DNA from: an uncultured Methanosarcinaceae archaeon
GTDB lineage: Archaea; Halobacteriota; Methanosarcinia; Methanosarcinales; Methanosarcinaceae
Direction: 5' to 3'
Assembly (NCBI GenBank): GCA_963721455.1
Contig: CAVRJG010000039.1
Location: 160,001-224,000, forward strand
DNA: 64,000 nucleotides
Shown here: positions 1-10,636 of the stretch, in pieces
How the letters are laid out: each line of letters opens with the position of its first letter
How positions within the stretch are numbered: position 1 is the stretch's first letter
The notes under the pieces: generated by a model
The model's database searches: none
Told to the model about the DNA's origin: nothing
Seen by the model: only the letters and a program-made list of their open reading frames with translations
Position numbers and translations under genes: made by a program

Positions 1-1124
1 AAAACCCCAGGGAAGCGTATCCTTTCAAGCAGGTGGATGGCGAAGGCGTGTACCAGATTCCGGTAGGGCCAGTCCATGCTGGAATCATTGAGCCAGGCCA
101 TTTCAGGTTCAGCGTAATTGGAGAGCACATTTTCAACCTCGAAATTCGGCTCTTTTACAAACACCGGGGAATCGAAAAACTTGCCGAGGGAAAAACGCCC
201 TCTGCCTGTGTCCCGATTGCCGAAGCCATAAGCGGGGACGAAACGGTTGCCAATGCTGTTGCCTTCTGCATGGCCGTAGAAAAGATCGCGGGAATCGAAG
301 TTAAAGCCAGAGCCAACCACTTGAGGGCTATTCTTCTGGAAATGGAGCGCATCTACTCGCATATGGGCGACCTCTCAGGCATGATTACTGATATAGGATT
401 CCCACGGATGACCACACCTTTCCTCATCCTGCGTGAAAATATTTTCAGGCAAAACGAGCTTCTCACAGGCTCCCGGTTTATGAGAAACACTGTAGATATC
501 GGAGGCGTGAAAACGGATATTTCAGGAGAGACCCTTTCAAAGCTCTCCCACTATTTGGAAACGTTTGCACCGAAGTTTGAATCCGCTGTTGCATCTGTCA
601 GAGCTTCTTCGTCCCTTATTGACAGGTTTTCAACAACCGGGGTCCTAAAAAAGAGACTCATTGCTCCGCTTAACCTTACGGGCCCCATTGCCCGAGCGTC
701 TGGGGCTTCTTATGATGTCCGGCTTGACCATCCCTACGGGATCTATGGATACAAGTCTCCGGAAAGAAAGATAAGGGCTACAGGAGATGTCCTTTCCCGC
801 TTTAAAGTTAAGGCCGCAGAAGTTCAGGATTCAGTCTCCCTTATACGAAAACTCATAGCCTCAGCTTCGGACTACCCGGCAACTTCCGGAGTAGCAGTTT
901 CAAAGATTCCTGACGGGTATGCTCTTTCGATGGTGGAAGCCCCAAGGGGCCAGAACCTTCACTGGGTTTATGTGAAAGGCGGGCTAATCGACCGCTACAA
1001 AATACGGACCGCATCTTTCTGCAACTGGCGAGCAATCGAACACGCAGTCCTCGGCAACATTGTCCCTGACTTTCCACTGATAAACAAGAGCCTGAACCTC
1101 TCATATGCAGGTACCGATCTCTGA
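1..1124 (+). CDS. Ehr/hydrogenase-4-like large subunit (NuoD/HyfG family), 5'-truncated by the window edge; NiFe-binding CxxC motifs absent
   Basis: Frame is open from position 3. GPVHAGIIEPGHFRF, LFYKHRGIEK, ELERIxSH-like and VEAPRG motifs. EAISGDET and SLNLSYAGTDL replace the N- and C-terminal CxxC motifs. Confidence 0.9.
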   Translation, partial: NPREAYPFKQVDGEGVYQIPVGPVHAGIIEPGHFRFSVIGEHIFNLEIRLFYKHRGIEKLAEGKTPSACVPIAEAISGDETVANAVAFCMAVEKIAGIEVKARANHLRAILLEMERIYSHMGDLSGMITDIGFPRMTTPFLILRENIFRQNELLTGSRFMRNTVDIGGVKTDISGETLSKLSHYLETFAPKFESAVASVRASSSLIDRFSTTGVLKKRLIAPLNLTGPIARASGASYDVRLDHPYGIYGYKSPERKIRATGDVLSRFKVKAAEVQDSVSLIRKLIASASDYPATSGVAVSKIPDGYALSMVEAPRGQNLHWVYVKGGLIDRYKIRTASFCNWRAIEHAVLGNIVPDFPLINKSLNLSYAGTDL

Positions 1125-1134
1125 GGTGAAACGA

Positions 1135-1647
1135 ATGGTAAACCCACTTACGTATGTCTTCCGCCGAAAAGTGACGGAAAAATTCGACTTTTCAGACGCT
1201 GAACTCGAAGCTCTAGGCTCCGAACTGAAAGCAGAAGTTAACCAGGTTTTCGGGAACAGCCTTGCAATCCGCGAACTGGATTCAGGCAGCGATAACTCGA
1301 CAGAGATTGAGATTTCAAACCTCGGAACTCCACACTATGATGTTGAAAGGTTCGGGATCTCTTTTGTGGCTTCCCCAAGACATGCTGATGTCCTGCTGGT
1401 GACAGGCGCAGTCACCTTAAACATGGCTGAAGCCGTTATGAAAACCTATGAAGCCATGCCCTCCCCGAAGTTCGTGGTAGCAGTCGGAAATGACGCCTGC
1501 GACGGCGGGATCTATAAAGGTTCCTATGCCGTACTTGGCGGAGTTGACAAAATCCTGCCAGTGGATATAAAAATCCCTGGAAACCCCCCTTCCCCGAAAG
1601 AAATCCTGCGTGGAATTTTTGCCCTGGTAAAAAAAGCTTCGAAATAA
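1135..1647 (+). CDS. Ehr/hydrogenase-4-like small subunit (NuoB/HyfI family) with FeS cysteines substituted
   Basis: YDVERFGISFVASPRHADVLLVTG, PSPKFVVAVG and IPGNPP motifs; GAGGTGA RBS before ATG 1135. Confidence 0.9.
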   Translation: MVNPLTYVFRRKVTEKFDFSDAELEALGSELKAEVNQVFGNSLAIRELDSGSDNSTEIEISNLGTPHYDVERFGISFVASPRHADVLLVTGAVTLNMAEAVMKTYEAMPSPKFVVAVGNDACDGGIYKGSYAVLGGVDKILPVDIKIPGNPPSPKEILRGIFALVKKASK

Positions 1648-1769
1648 CAGTGAAAACAGTTTATTTTTTTTAAACTTTTTTTGTACCCATAGTAATTTTA
1701 TCAATTGTTCAATTTACACGATCGCTTTTTGATTAATTTTCCATATCATCGCTACATTCTTGATTTGTT

Positions 1770-1810
1770 ATAGGGAAGTGACGCTTAGTTTCATAGGGAA
1801 GTGACGCTTA
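1770..1810. repeat. Perfect 18-bp direct repeat ATAGGGAAGTGACGCTTA x2 (23-bp period) overlapping a TATA-like box
   Basis: Copies at 1770-1787 and 1793-1810; the second copy runs into TTATATA upstream of the methyltransferase. Confidence 0.85.
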
Positions 1811-1907
1811 TATACAATGAAATAAAGATTTTATGGGTTTTACGCTCAAATAAGGAAATGAAAACTGACATCATTTAAAATGTTAAATTATTTCAGAAAC
1901 CGGCAGA

Positions 1908-2792
1908 TTGAATATGCAAGCCGAGAGAGATATTACCCCCAGAGAACCAAAACTTTCAGTTAAAGAAGCCGAAGCTCTGGGCTATTACGATTTTATGAGT
2001 TATCTGGGAGTACCCTATTATCATGTAGGCGGCCTTACCTCTACCAAAAAACTTGCTGAGTTATGCAGGATTGACTCTACGAAAAAAGTCCTGATGGTTG
2101 GATGTGGGACCGGTTTTTCTGCCTGTTACCTTGCCAGAAAAATCGGCTGTGAGGTTGTAGGAATTGATATTGCGGAACTTTCGATTGAGGAAGCAAAAGA
2201 AAGGGCAAAAAGACAGGGAGTTTCAGATAAAGCGAAATTCAGAGTAGGGGATGCTTACGCCCTGCCCTTTGAAGCAGGGACTTTCGATGCCGTGATAACA
2301 GAGTTTGTGTCCCAGTTTTTAGACAGGAAAAGAGCCTTCAAAGAATTCGCAAGGGTCCTGAAGCCGGGGGCTTATGTGGGGATAAACGAAATGTATAGAG
2401 AAAAAGAGATTCCTGCTAAAGCCGCCGAAGAAATCGCTCAAGCCGAACAAAAAATTGGAGAAATAACAGGGCTTCCGTTTTCCCTGTCGTCACCTGAAGA
2501 ATGGAAAGAAGAACTTGAAAGAGCAGGCCTGAAAGATGTTAATGTAAGAATGTACAAACATATCCAGTACCTTCAAGAAACAAAATACATGGCAGAAGCG
2601 ATGGGAGGAACCTGGAGCTTTATAAAGTTCCTTATCGATCCGCTCTTGAAAATGGTGAAGTACTCCCTCTTAAGCAGAAAGATTCGATACCGGTTCAAAA
2701 GGCTGGGAGAAAGTAAAAAAATCCTCATCCGAAAAAAATCAACCGCAAAATATGTGGGTTATGTACTGGCTACAGGAAGAAAAGATTTGTAA
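1908..2792 (+). CDS. Class I SAM-dependent methyltransferase (UbiE/sterol-MT-like)
   Basis: VLMVGCGTG motif I, VVGIDI, GDAYALPFEAGTFDAV and RVLKPG motifs. Start may be ATG 1914. Confidence 0.9.
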   Translation: MNMQAERDITPREPKLSVKEAEALGYYDFMSYLGVPYYHVGGLTSTKKLAELCRIDSTKKVLMVGCGTGFSACYLARKIGCEVVGIDIAELSIEEAKERAKRQGVSDKAKFRVGDAYALPFEAGTFDAVITEFVSQFLDRKRAFKEFARVLKPGAYVGINEMYREKEIPAKAAEEIAQAEQKIGEITGLPFSLSSPEEWKEELERAGLKDVNVRMYKHIQYLQETKYMAEAMGGTWSFIKFLIDPLLKMVKYSLLSRKIRYRFKRLGESKKILIRKKSTAKYVGYVLATGRKDL

Positions 2793-3132
2793 AAGGACAG
2801 AAAATTGCCTGACCAGGCAAAAAAAGAATGCCAAAGCTGTTTAATAGAAAAATAATTGATAAAAGAAATGTTTGATAAAAATCCTCTAAAAAGAGAAAAA
2901 ATCGAAAAAAGTATTTTAACTTAAGGAAAATAAATGTTTTTTGGAAAAAAATATAAAGGATCAACTGAAAAGTAGCGCAGTAGTATTGCAAGAAGTTCCT
3001 TCAGGGTTTTTCTGGTGAGGAAGTTTATGGTGAGGAAGAAAGAACTTTTGCCAATACAGGTTGCTTTCTGAAAAGAAATAAAGGAGAAATGTCTCTTCTA
3101 TATTTAGAAGCTTCTCGGGGAGATGGAACAAA

Positions 3133-3918
3133 ATGAAAATATCGCTTATTGATCTGGCATTTCTTTCAGAAAAGAGAAAGGATGTATTACTCCTGCTAGA
3201 AGAAGGGCCTAAAACTGGGGACGAAATAAAAACGGCCCTCAACGTCAACTCAACCTCTATTATGCCCCAGATCAAAAAACTAAAAGAGGGGCGCCTGATA
3301 GTACAGGATGATAGAAATACATACAGGCTCTCTGAAATGGGAGAGATAGTAGTCGAAAAGATGGAGCCTCTGCTGGATACCGTGAGGGTTTTCGAGGAAA
3401 ATTACGATTACTGGACAAGCCATGACTTTACTGCAATCCCCGAGAATCTCCTTAACAGAATTGATGAACTGGGGAACTATTTCATGCTTGAGGCCGACCT
3501 TAACCGGCTTTTTGAACTACCAGAGGATTTTAAGAATAACCTCCTGGAATCAAAGCACGTAAAAATGTTCCTTTCATATTTCAACCCTCTTCACGTTGAG
3601 ATTTACTCTGAACTTGCGAAAAAAGGATCTGAAATGTGTCTTATCCTGACAGAACCGGTATTTGACAGGATGAAAAAGGACTACTACGAGGACCTGAAGT
3701 CTCTTATGGAATCAAAAAACATTGAGATTTACATCTGTGACAAAAACGTAACCCTCAAAGATGTGGTAACAGAGCGGTTCTGCTCGCTTGTGCTTTTCGA
3801 CAAAAAGGGAAAGTTCGACCATCAACGCCTTATGAGTTTTGACGAGAGCGCACTTAAATGGTGCGAAGAACTCTTTTTGTATTATAAAGAGATGTCAACA
3901 CATCTGGAGGAATTATAA
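3133..3918 (+). CDS. Msr-family (ArsR-like wHTH + DUF1724) transcriptional regulator, MsrX-like
   Basis: SEKRKDVLLLLEEGPK...SIMPQIKKL wHTH and FDESALKWCEELF C-terminus; paralogous to 26761 and 27884. Confidence 0.9.
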   Translation: MKISLIDLAFLSEKRKDVLLLLEEGPKTGDEIKTALNVNSTSIMPQIKKLKEGRLIVQDDRNTYRLSEMGEIVVEKMEPLLDTVRVFEENYDYWTSHDFTAIPENLLNRIDELGNYFMLEADLNRLFELPEDFKNNLLESKHVKMFLSYFNPLHVEIYSELAKKGSEMCLILTEPVFDRMKKDYYEDLKSLMESKNIEIYICDKNVTLKDVVTERFCSLVLFDKKGKFDHQRLMSFDESALKWCEELFLYYKEMSTHLEEL

Positions 3919-3951
3919 TCGTTTTTCTGAAGTTAAGATTAATAGTTAAGA

Positions 3952-4323
3952 TTAATATTCTCCGAGATATTTATCGATCAGAGTCCTGAATCTGTGGATA
4001 TCGATGGGTTTGGAAACGTAGTCTACACAGCCCATTTCTATGAAATGCTCTTCGCTGCCTTTCATAGCATGAGCGGTAACCGCTATCACAGGGATATCTG
4101 CAGTCGCAGGATTCCTCTTAATTCGCTCGAGAACCTCAAGGCCGTCCATCTTCGGAAGCTGCATATCCAGTAGAATGATATCGAATTTTTTCTCCGCAAG
4201 GCGTTCAAGCGCCTTTATCCCATCCTCGGCCTCAGTTACGTTATGCCCGTAGAATTCCAGAAGGTCCAGAATCAGTTCCATGTTCAGAGGATTATCTTCA
4301 ACAATCAGAATTTTTTTCATCAT
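3952..4323 (-). CDS. Single-domain response regulator (DivK/CheY-like receiver)
   Basis: ILIVEDN, LLDMQLPKMDG, VTAHAMKG and SKPID receiver motifs; overlaps the end of the kinase gene. Confidence 0.95.
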   Translation of the reverse strand: MMKKILIVEDNPLNMELILDLLEFYGHNVTEAEDGIKALERLAEKKFDIILLDMQLPKMDGLEVLERIKRNPATADIPVIAVTAHAMKGSEEHFIEMGCVDYVSKPIDIHRFRTLIDKYLGEY

Positions 4324-7300
4324 TACGCCTCTTCAGCATAGCTAATTGTTTTATCCTATTAATTAACTCTTTTCTTCCGAAAGTGCCCTTTTTCATGATG
4401 AAAATAAAATTCCCTTTCAGGTCACTGTTCAGTTCTTCGAGATTCTTCTCAGTGAGTTCTCCAGAGGTGCACACGATAAGAGGAATGTCTTTTGTGCGTA
4501 CATTTGCCCTCATGCTGGATATAATATCAAACCCGTTGATTTCCGGCATTATGAGATCAAGAATCAGGATATCGGGCTGCTGTTCTGAAAATAGCTTTTG
4601 CAGCCCTTCTCTCCCACTGTAAGCTTTGATCACCTCAAAGCCATCGGACTCGATCATTGAGTTCAACAGTTCTACAGTATTCTCATCATCATCTACGATA
4701 AGAACTCTTGGATTTTCGAACCGGAACTTGCTGGTGATTTCTTTGAGGGAAGACACCAGCTCAGCTCTTCTTATTGGCTTTGTAAAGGAATATGTTGCGC
4801 CGAGGGCAATTCCAAGCTCGTTATTATTGGTCATGGAAATAATAAGTACCGGGATAGAGGCAGTGTGAGGGTCATTTTTGAGCTGCCTCAAGACCAGCCA
4901 GCCGTTGGTGTCCGGTAGGAAGACATCAAGGGTGATAATTTGGGGTTTGAGTGTCTTTGCAACCTTTAAAACGTCTTTTCCAGTATAAAGGGATGCCACA
5001 CTGTACCCGGCTTCTCTGAGGACAATCGAAATAAGTTCATTTGAATTCTTGTCGTCATCAACTACCAGAACGAGCTCCTGTTTCGTACCTTCCTTCTCAG
5101 AGGGATAAACTTTAGGAAATTCTATTTCTTCCTGTAAATCTTCGATATTTCCCTTTACCGAAAGTGCTGCTGCTTTGTTTATTTCGAACTCTATGGTTAT
5201 ATCTTTGAGTTCTACTTCGTCAGCTCTCCTGAGTTCGAACGGTTTTCTGAGGGGAACTGCAAATGTAAAGGTACTGCCTTTACCAGGATCGCTTTCAACC
5301 CAGATATCTCCCTGATGCATATTTACAAGTTTCTTTACAAGAGCCAGCCCGAGTCCTGTCCCACAATACTGTCGGGTTGCTGAAGCATCAATCTGAGTAA
5401 AAGGCTGGAAAAGTTTCCTCTGATCTTCAGCAGAAATGCCTATGCCAGAATCTATAACTGAAATAAGCGCCCGACTTCCACTTTTTTTGCAATAAACAGA
5501 GACTTTTCCGCCGTTGGGGGTGAATTTGATTGCATTGCTTGTAAGGTTATAAAGGATCTGGATCAGGCGACCTCTGTCGGCTTCAAGCGTTGTAAAGTCG
5601 GATTCTACGTTAAAAGTTGCTTCAAGGGATTTTGACTGGGCAAGAGGAGAAAGAACTGCTCTAACCTCTTCAAAAACAGAATTAATAGAAAACTCACTGT
5701 AGTGAAGTTCCATTTTCCCGGCTTCTACTTTTGAGAGATCAAGGATATCATTTATAAGTTCCAGCAAATGCCCTCCACTGGTAGAGATATTGCTTACATA
5801 TCTCAATTGCTTTTCATTGAGTTCCCCAAAAACCCTCTCAAGGAGAATATCCGAAAATCCTATAATAGAATTCAGAGGTGTTCGTAACTCATGGCTCATA
5901 TTTGCAAGAAATTCACTCTTGGTCCGGTTGGCTGCCTCAGCTTCCAGTTTTGCCTGAAGCAGCTTTTCTTCCGAACGTTTATGTGCGGTAATGTCGAGAC
6001 CTGTTTTCAGGACACCGGTAATCCTGCCGTCTTTATCCTTTATAAGACTTGCATGAACCATCCAGACCTTTCCGTCCGGTGTAACTACTTCCCCGAACTC
6101 TTCGTTTCCGGATTCCAGTACTTTCAGTGCAGGAGATTTGCCTGAATTATTTTTATATAAAATATAGACGTCTTCATAATGGCGCCCGATAACATCCTCA
6201 AGTTTCATGCCCATATGATTAAGAGCCGCTTCGTTTACCCAGATTATTTTCAATTCGGGATCCATAAAAACTACGAGTTCACTGAGAGAATCGAGGATTA
6301 CTTTTTTTTCCTGTTCCTGGATTTTAAAATTATCAGAGGTAGTTCTCAGCCGGTTAAGCATCTGGTTTATCCCCTCTGACAGCCTTGAGAGTTCATCATC
6401 CCCGTCCATAGAAAATTGTTCGGAAAAATTCTCATCCTTTCCGACCTTTTCTACAAAGCTATCAATTGCAACTATTCGGGACACTACTTCCCTATCAAGA
6501 AGGAACTTACAACCTGCCCCAATCGTGAGGCCTGCAAACAAAAGGAAAAACACAATGTAGCGGAGGGATTTCTGGCCCTCGGCATAGATATCGCTGTATG
6601 CGTCAGTCCGGACTACAATAGTTGGGCTTCCGGAAATATCTTTAAGAACAGAATAGCCTGTAACTCTTTCTCCGGCTGTTGTATACATAAAATTCGGATT
6701 TTTACTTTCAAAAAAAGCCTGCTGGAAATCAGGGGGCACACTGTTGAAACTGTAGAGCGCAATTGTGTACCCTGTACTTTCCTGGACGGATTCGATGAAA
6801 CCCTCATCCAGGCTTTTTCCAAGAATGATTGTACCTGAGATTTCTTTATTCTCGGGTGTAGCAAGCACAGGCTGGCTGGAGATAACTGCAGGACCGTTTT
6901 CCAGTAGGATTAAGCCTTTTAATGGAGTTTCAGCCTCTTTAAAGAGGAAACTGCCGTCATTTATTCTCTGGCGGATTTCGGGAAGGTTAGAAGCGTTAAT
7001 AGAGCTATTAAAACCCGAAACTTCGGAATACACGACATACCCTGAATTATTTACCAGAAAAATAAAATCACATTCACTGATGGAAAAAATGTCAGTAAAT
7101 ACAATTTCACTGAAATTATGAGAGCCCTGACCGAGCACTAAATCCCTGATATCCTCCCTTGAAGAAAGAGCAGCGTTGGTCTTATCCAGATCCAGAATTT
7201 GAAAATTAATTATGTTTTCAACCTTTTCTACGTTGTCAGTTGCCTCTTCTTCCTGCAAATCGGAAAAACTGGAATAGAGAATGCTCTGGGATGCAAAAAT

Positions 7301-7366
7301 AACAACTGAAGTAAGAAGAGCAAAAATAACATAGATAATAACGAGGATCTTTCTACTGACATTCAT
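4298..7366 (-). CDS. Hybrid sensor histidine kinase (TM-CHASE4-TM-HAMP-PAS-HisKA-HATPase-REC-REC)
   Basis: FLANMSHELRTPLN H-box; NLTSNAIKFT, DSGIGIS and GTGLGL boxes; two VDDD receivers; two TM segments. Confidence 0.95.
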   Translation of the reverse strand: MNVSRKILVIIYVIFALLTSVVIFASQSILYSSFSDLQEEEATDNVEKVENIINFQILDLDKTNAALSSREDIRDLVLGQGSHNFSEIVFTDIFSISECDFIFLVNNSGYVVYSEVSGFNSSINASNLPEIRQRINDGSFLFKEAETPLKGLILLENGPAVISSQPVLATPENKEISGTIILGKSLDEGFIESVQESTGYTIALYSFNSVPPDFQQAFFESKNPNFMYTTAGERVTGYSVLKDISGSPTIVVRTDAYSDIYAEGQKSLRYIVFFLLFAGLTIGAGCKFLLDREVVSRIVAIDSFVEKVGKDENFSEQFSMDGDDELSRLSEGINQMLNRLRTTSDNFKIQEQEKKVILDSLSELVVFMDPELKIIWVNEAALNHMGMKLEDVIGRHYEDVYILYKNNSGKSPALKVLESGNEEFGEVVTPDGKVWMVHASLIKDKDGRITGVLKTGLDITAHKRSEEKLLQAKLEAEAANRTKSEFLANMSHELRTPLNSIIGFSDILLERVFGELNEKQLRYVSNISTSGGHLLELINDILDLSKVEAGKMELHYSEFSINSVFEEVRAVLSPLAQSKSLEATFNVESDFTTLEADRGRLIQILYNLTSNAIKFTPNGGKVSVYCKKSGSRALISVIDSGIGISAEDQRKLFQPFTQIDASATRQYCGTGLGLALVKKLVNMHQGDIWVESDPGKGSTFTFAVPLRKPFELRRADEVELKDITIEFEINKAAALSVKGNIEDLQEEIEFPKVYPSEKEGTKQELVLVVDDDKNSNELISIVLREAGYSVASLYTGKDVLKVAKTLKPQIITLDVFLPDTNGWLVLRQLKNDPHTASIPVLIISMTNNNELGIALGATYSFTKPIRRAELVSSLKEITSKFRFENPRVLIVDDDENTVELLNSMIESDGFEVIKAYSGREGLQKLFSEQQPDILILDLIMPEINGFDIISSMRANVRTKDIPLIVCTSGELTEKNLEELNSDLKGNFIFIMKKGTFGRKELINRIKQLAMLKRRNDEKNSDC

Positions 7367-7785
7367 ACTTTAAACTCGGAGCCTAGGGTTTTGGGTTGAA
7401 GTATGCAGGGAAGTTTATAACATATTAGTGACAGATAAACTTAAATTAGAATCTATATAAAAGTTTTCTATAAGCTATCATGATAAAAAAAATTTCTCTT
7501 AATTCAAAGAGCATGAAGAGAATAGTTCCTTTTTTTCATAGAAAAAGATTTTAAAGTCGCTTATGTGAGAAAAAAATGTTTAAATGAGGAGTAAAAATCA
7601 AAAATGAATTTAATCTTGCGGAAGTAAAAAACAAAGTTAGTGGCTTGGAACTTCCAGAAGTAGAAGGATATGTGAACTACTGTTTAAACCGTCGATTAAA
7701 TGTCCGTTATCCAGTGTTTAATCCTTATTTAATTCATCGCACCCATTTTATAAGTTATTCAGCTCATCCATAGCCGCTGTTCGAG

Positions 7786-10636
7786 TTACCATTTAAAGAA
7801 TCTGGCTGCCCAGCTTACATTTCTTCTCAGTAGAAATTTCCTTAACTCGTCGATTCCAAGCAAAAAAATTGCAAACGGAACGGCAAACAGCAGATATCTC
7901 AGGTCAAGGGGAGCAGTGTTGAAAATCAGATTTGCAAACGGATTCCAGATAAAAATGGCAAGAATCAGGAGTTCACTTGCAATCCCTACCAGAACCAGAT
8001 GGTTGCTGAATAAGCCCATTGAGAAGACCGACTGGCACCGGGTCCGGGAAGCAAAAACATTAGCTATCTGGCATATAATCACCGCTGAAAAAAAAGCAGT
8101 TATTGACTGCATATAAAGGGGATTGTTGTTTGCAAGCTGCTCGCCAAAACTCCAGCCTCCTTCAAGGAGTACGGCAAAATAACAGACGAAGCCTGCAACA
8201 GCTTCTACAGGCCCTTTTACTCCATAAGCCGTAAAAAGCACCTGAGGAGTTAACAACTTTTCATCCCTGCGTCTGGGAGGCCTTTTCATAATATCTCCTT
8301 CGCCTTTTTCCACCCCAAGAGCAATGGCAGGTATCATATCCGTACCCAGATCAATTGCCAGGATAAGCTGCACAGGCATGGGAAGGGGCAGGGCAAAGAT
8401 GACGAAGGCTATAAAAGGCAAAATTTCAGGGATATTGCTGGCAAGGATGTACACAATGAACTTTTTTATATTATCAAAAACGGTCCTTCCCTCTTCTACA
8501 GCACTCACAATCGTGGCAAAATTGTCGTCCAGGAGCACCATATCAGCAGCTTCGCGAGCTACATCCGTGCCGCTGCCCATCGCAACTCCCATATCCGCGT
8601 TCTTGATTGCAGGAGCGTCATTGACCCCGTCTCCTGTCATGGTCACGATCTCCCCTTCAGCCTGGAAAAGCTGTACGATTTTCAGTTTTTGTACAGGAGA
8701 TGTACGGGCAAAGACGATACTTGGATTTTTCAATCTTGAAGCAAGATCTGTGCGTGAGAGTAATTTCAGCTCGTCTCCGGTAATAATTTCAAGGCTTCCG
8801 GAGTTAGCAAGTCCCACGTTCTTCGCAATTGACTCTGCGGTAACCGGGTGATCACCTGTGATCATGACAACCTTAATCCCGGCTGCATGGCATTTAGCAA
8901 TAGCTTCTCTGGCTTCAGGGCGCGGAGGGTCCACAATCCCGATAAATCCAAGGAAAACAAAATCCCCGGTATATTCTTTCTGCTCTTCTGCTTGCCTGTA
9001 CGCAAGTGCAATTATCCGTTCTCCTTTTTCTGCTAATTTCAGATGCCGGTCAAGAAGCTCTTTTTGTTCAGTCTCGTCCAGTTTCCTGACTTTTCCGGAA
9101 TCCATAACTGCCCCGCACATCTCCACAACCACTTCGGGAGCACCTTTAAGATACACTTCAAGTTTACCTTCAGGAGTGCGGCAGACAACTTCCATTCTTC
9201 TGGTCAGGGAATCAAAAGGGAACTCTTCCAGCCTCGGATACTCCCCCTTGAGCTTTATTATATCTTCCAGGCTGTTCGCAAAAACGAGAAGTGCTCCTTC
9301 GGTCGGATCGCCGGTATATCCGGGAGGCAATTCACGGAGCTTTGCATTGTTACAGAGCCCTGCGACCCTTATGAAAATCGAGGGAATTTTTTTCGGGTTC
9401 CACCCTGGATTTTGTGTAACAGAACACCTGTCGGTTCCTGAATTCGCAACGTTTCCGGCAATAACTTTGTTTGCACTTTCTTCGGTCTCCTGTCCTGCAG
9501 CCCTTTTTTCTGAGCCTGAAGGCGTTTCTGATTCGAGATTTTCAAAACCGACAATGAGAGAATTCACTGACATTCTGTTCTGGGTAAGAGTTCCGGTCTT
9601 GTCCGTACAGATAACCGTCGTCGAGCCCAGGGTTTCTACTGATTCAAGCTGTTTTATAAGGGCATTCCGCGAAGCCATTCTTCTGGAGGCAAGGCTCAGG
9701 GAAAGGGTAACTGTGGGTAAAAGCCCCTCGGGCACATTGGCAACAATAATTCCTATGGCAAAGATAAGGCTTGCAAGAAATACATCCTGAAGGAGAAACG
9801 CAAGAATGAAAAAAGTAACTCCCAGAAAAATTGCAATTGCAGATATTACCTTTATGAAATGGTTGAGTTCTTTCCGGATAGGGGTGTCCACGTTCGAAAT
9901 CTGTTCGGTGAGTGTTGCAAGGTTTCCAATCTGGGTATTCTGCCCTGTTCCGAAGACAACGGCCTTTCCATTCCCGCTCTGTACCAGCGTCCCTGAAAAA
10001 ACCACGTTCCTGCACTCAAGTAGATTCGCATGAGTGCATTCAAGAGAGCGCAGCTGAGGCTCTGCTTCTCCGGTGATTGCCGAGTGATCCACTTTCAGAG
10101 AATTGGTTTCAATTAAGACGCCCGTCCGCGGGAACCTTATCTCCTTCTTCAAGAAGGATGAGATCTCCTGCAACAAGTTCCGAAGCCAGAACGTCCCTGA
10201 CTTTCCCTTCCCTCAAAACCTTTGCACGGGGCGGAAGAAGTTGCCGAAAACTTTCCATTGTTTTTGCAGCCTGGTACTCCTGGATGAATGTGAAAGTCCC
10301 GTTAAGGACTACGACCGCGCCAATTGCAATCCCTATATAAACATTCCCTTTGCCCGGATCAAGGTATTCTCCAAGGAAAGATAGAATCGCTCCTACAGTC
10401 AGCAGGATAGAGAAAAAATTCCGAAACTGCCGGATATACTTCTTTAATATACTCTCCTTTCCGATCTCTTCGAGAACATTGGGTCCGCATTCCTGAAGCC
10501 TCCTTGCAGCTTCTTGCTCGCCAATTCCGCTCTCGTCAACTCCTAATCTTTGAAGAAACTCGGAAAGAGGAACACTATGTTCATCCCCTTGCGGAGAACA
10601 TATCTTGCTTTTGCTACCAGTCAGTTTCGTCCCCAT
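7786..10636 (-). pseudogene. Cation-transporting P-type ATPase (type IIC, Na+/K+-ATPase-like) split by a +1 frameshift near 10110; real pseudogene or sequencing error
   Basis: ORF 10109-10636 ends GDKVPADGRL and ORF 7786-10176 resumes IETNSLKVDHSAITGE. DKTGTLT, VPEGLLPTVT, TGDGVND and IDLGTD motifs. Confidence 0.9.
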
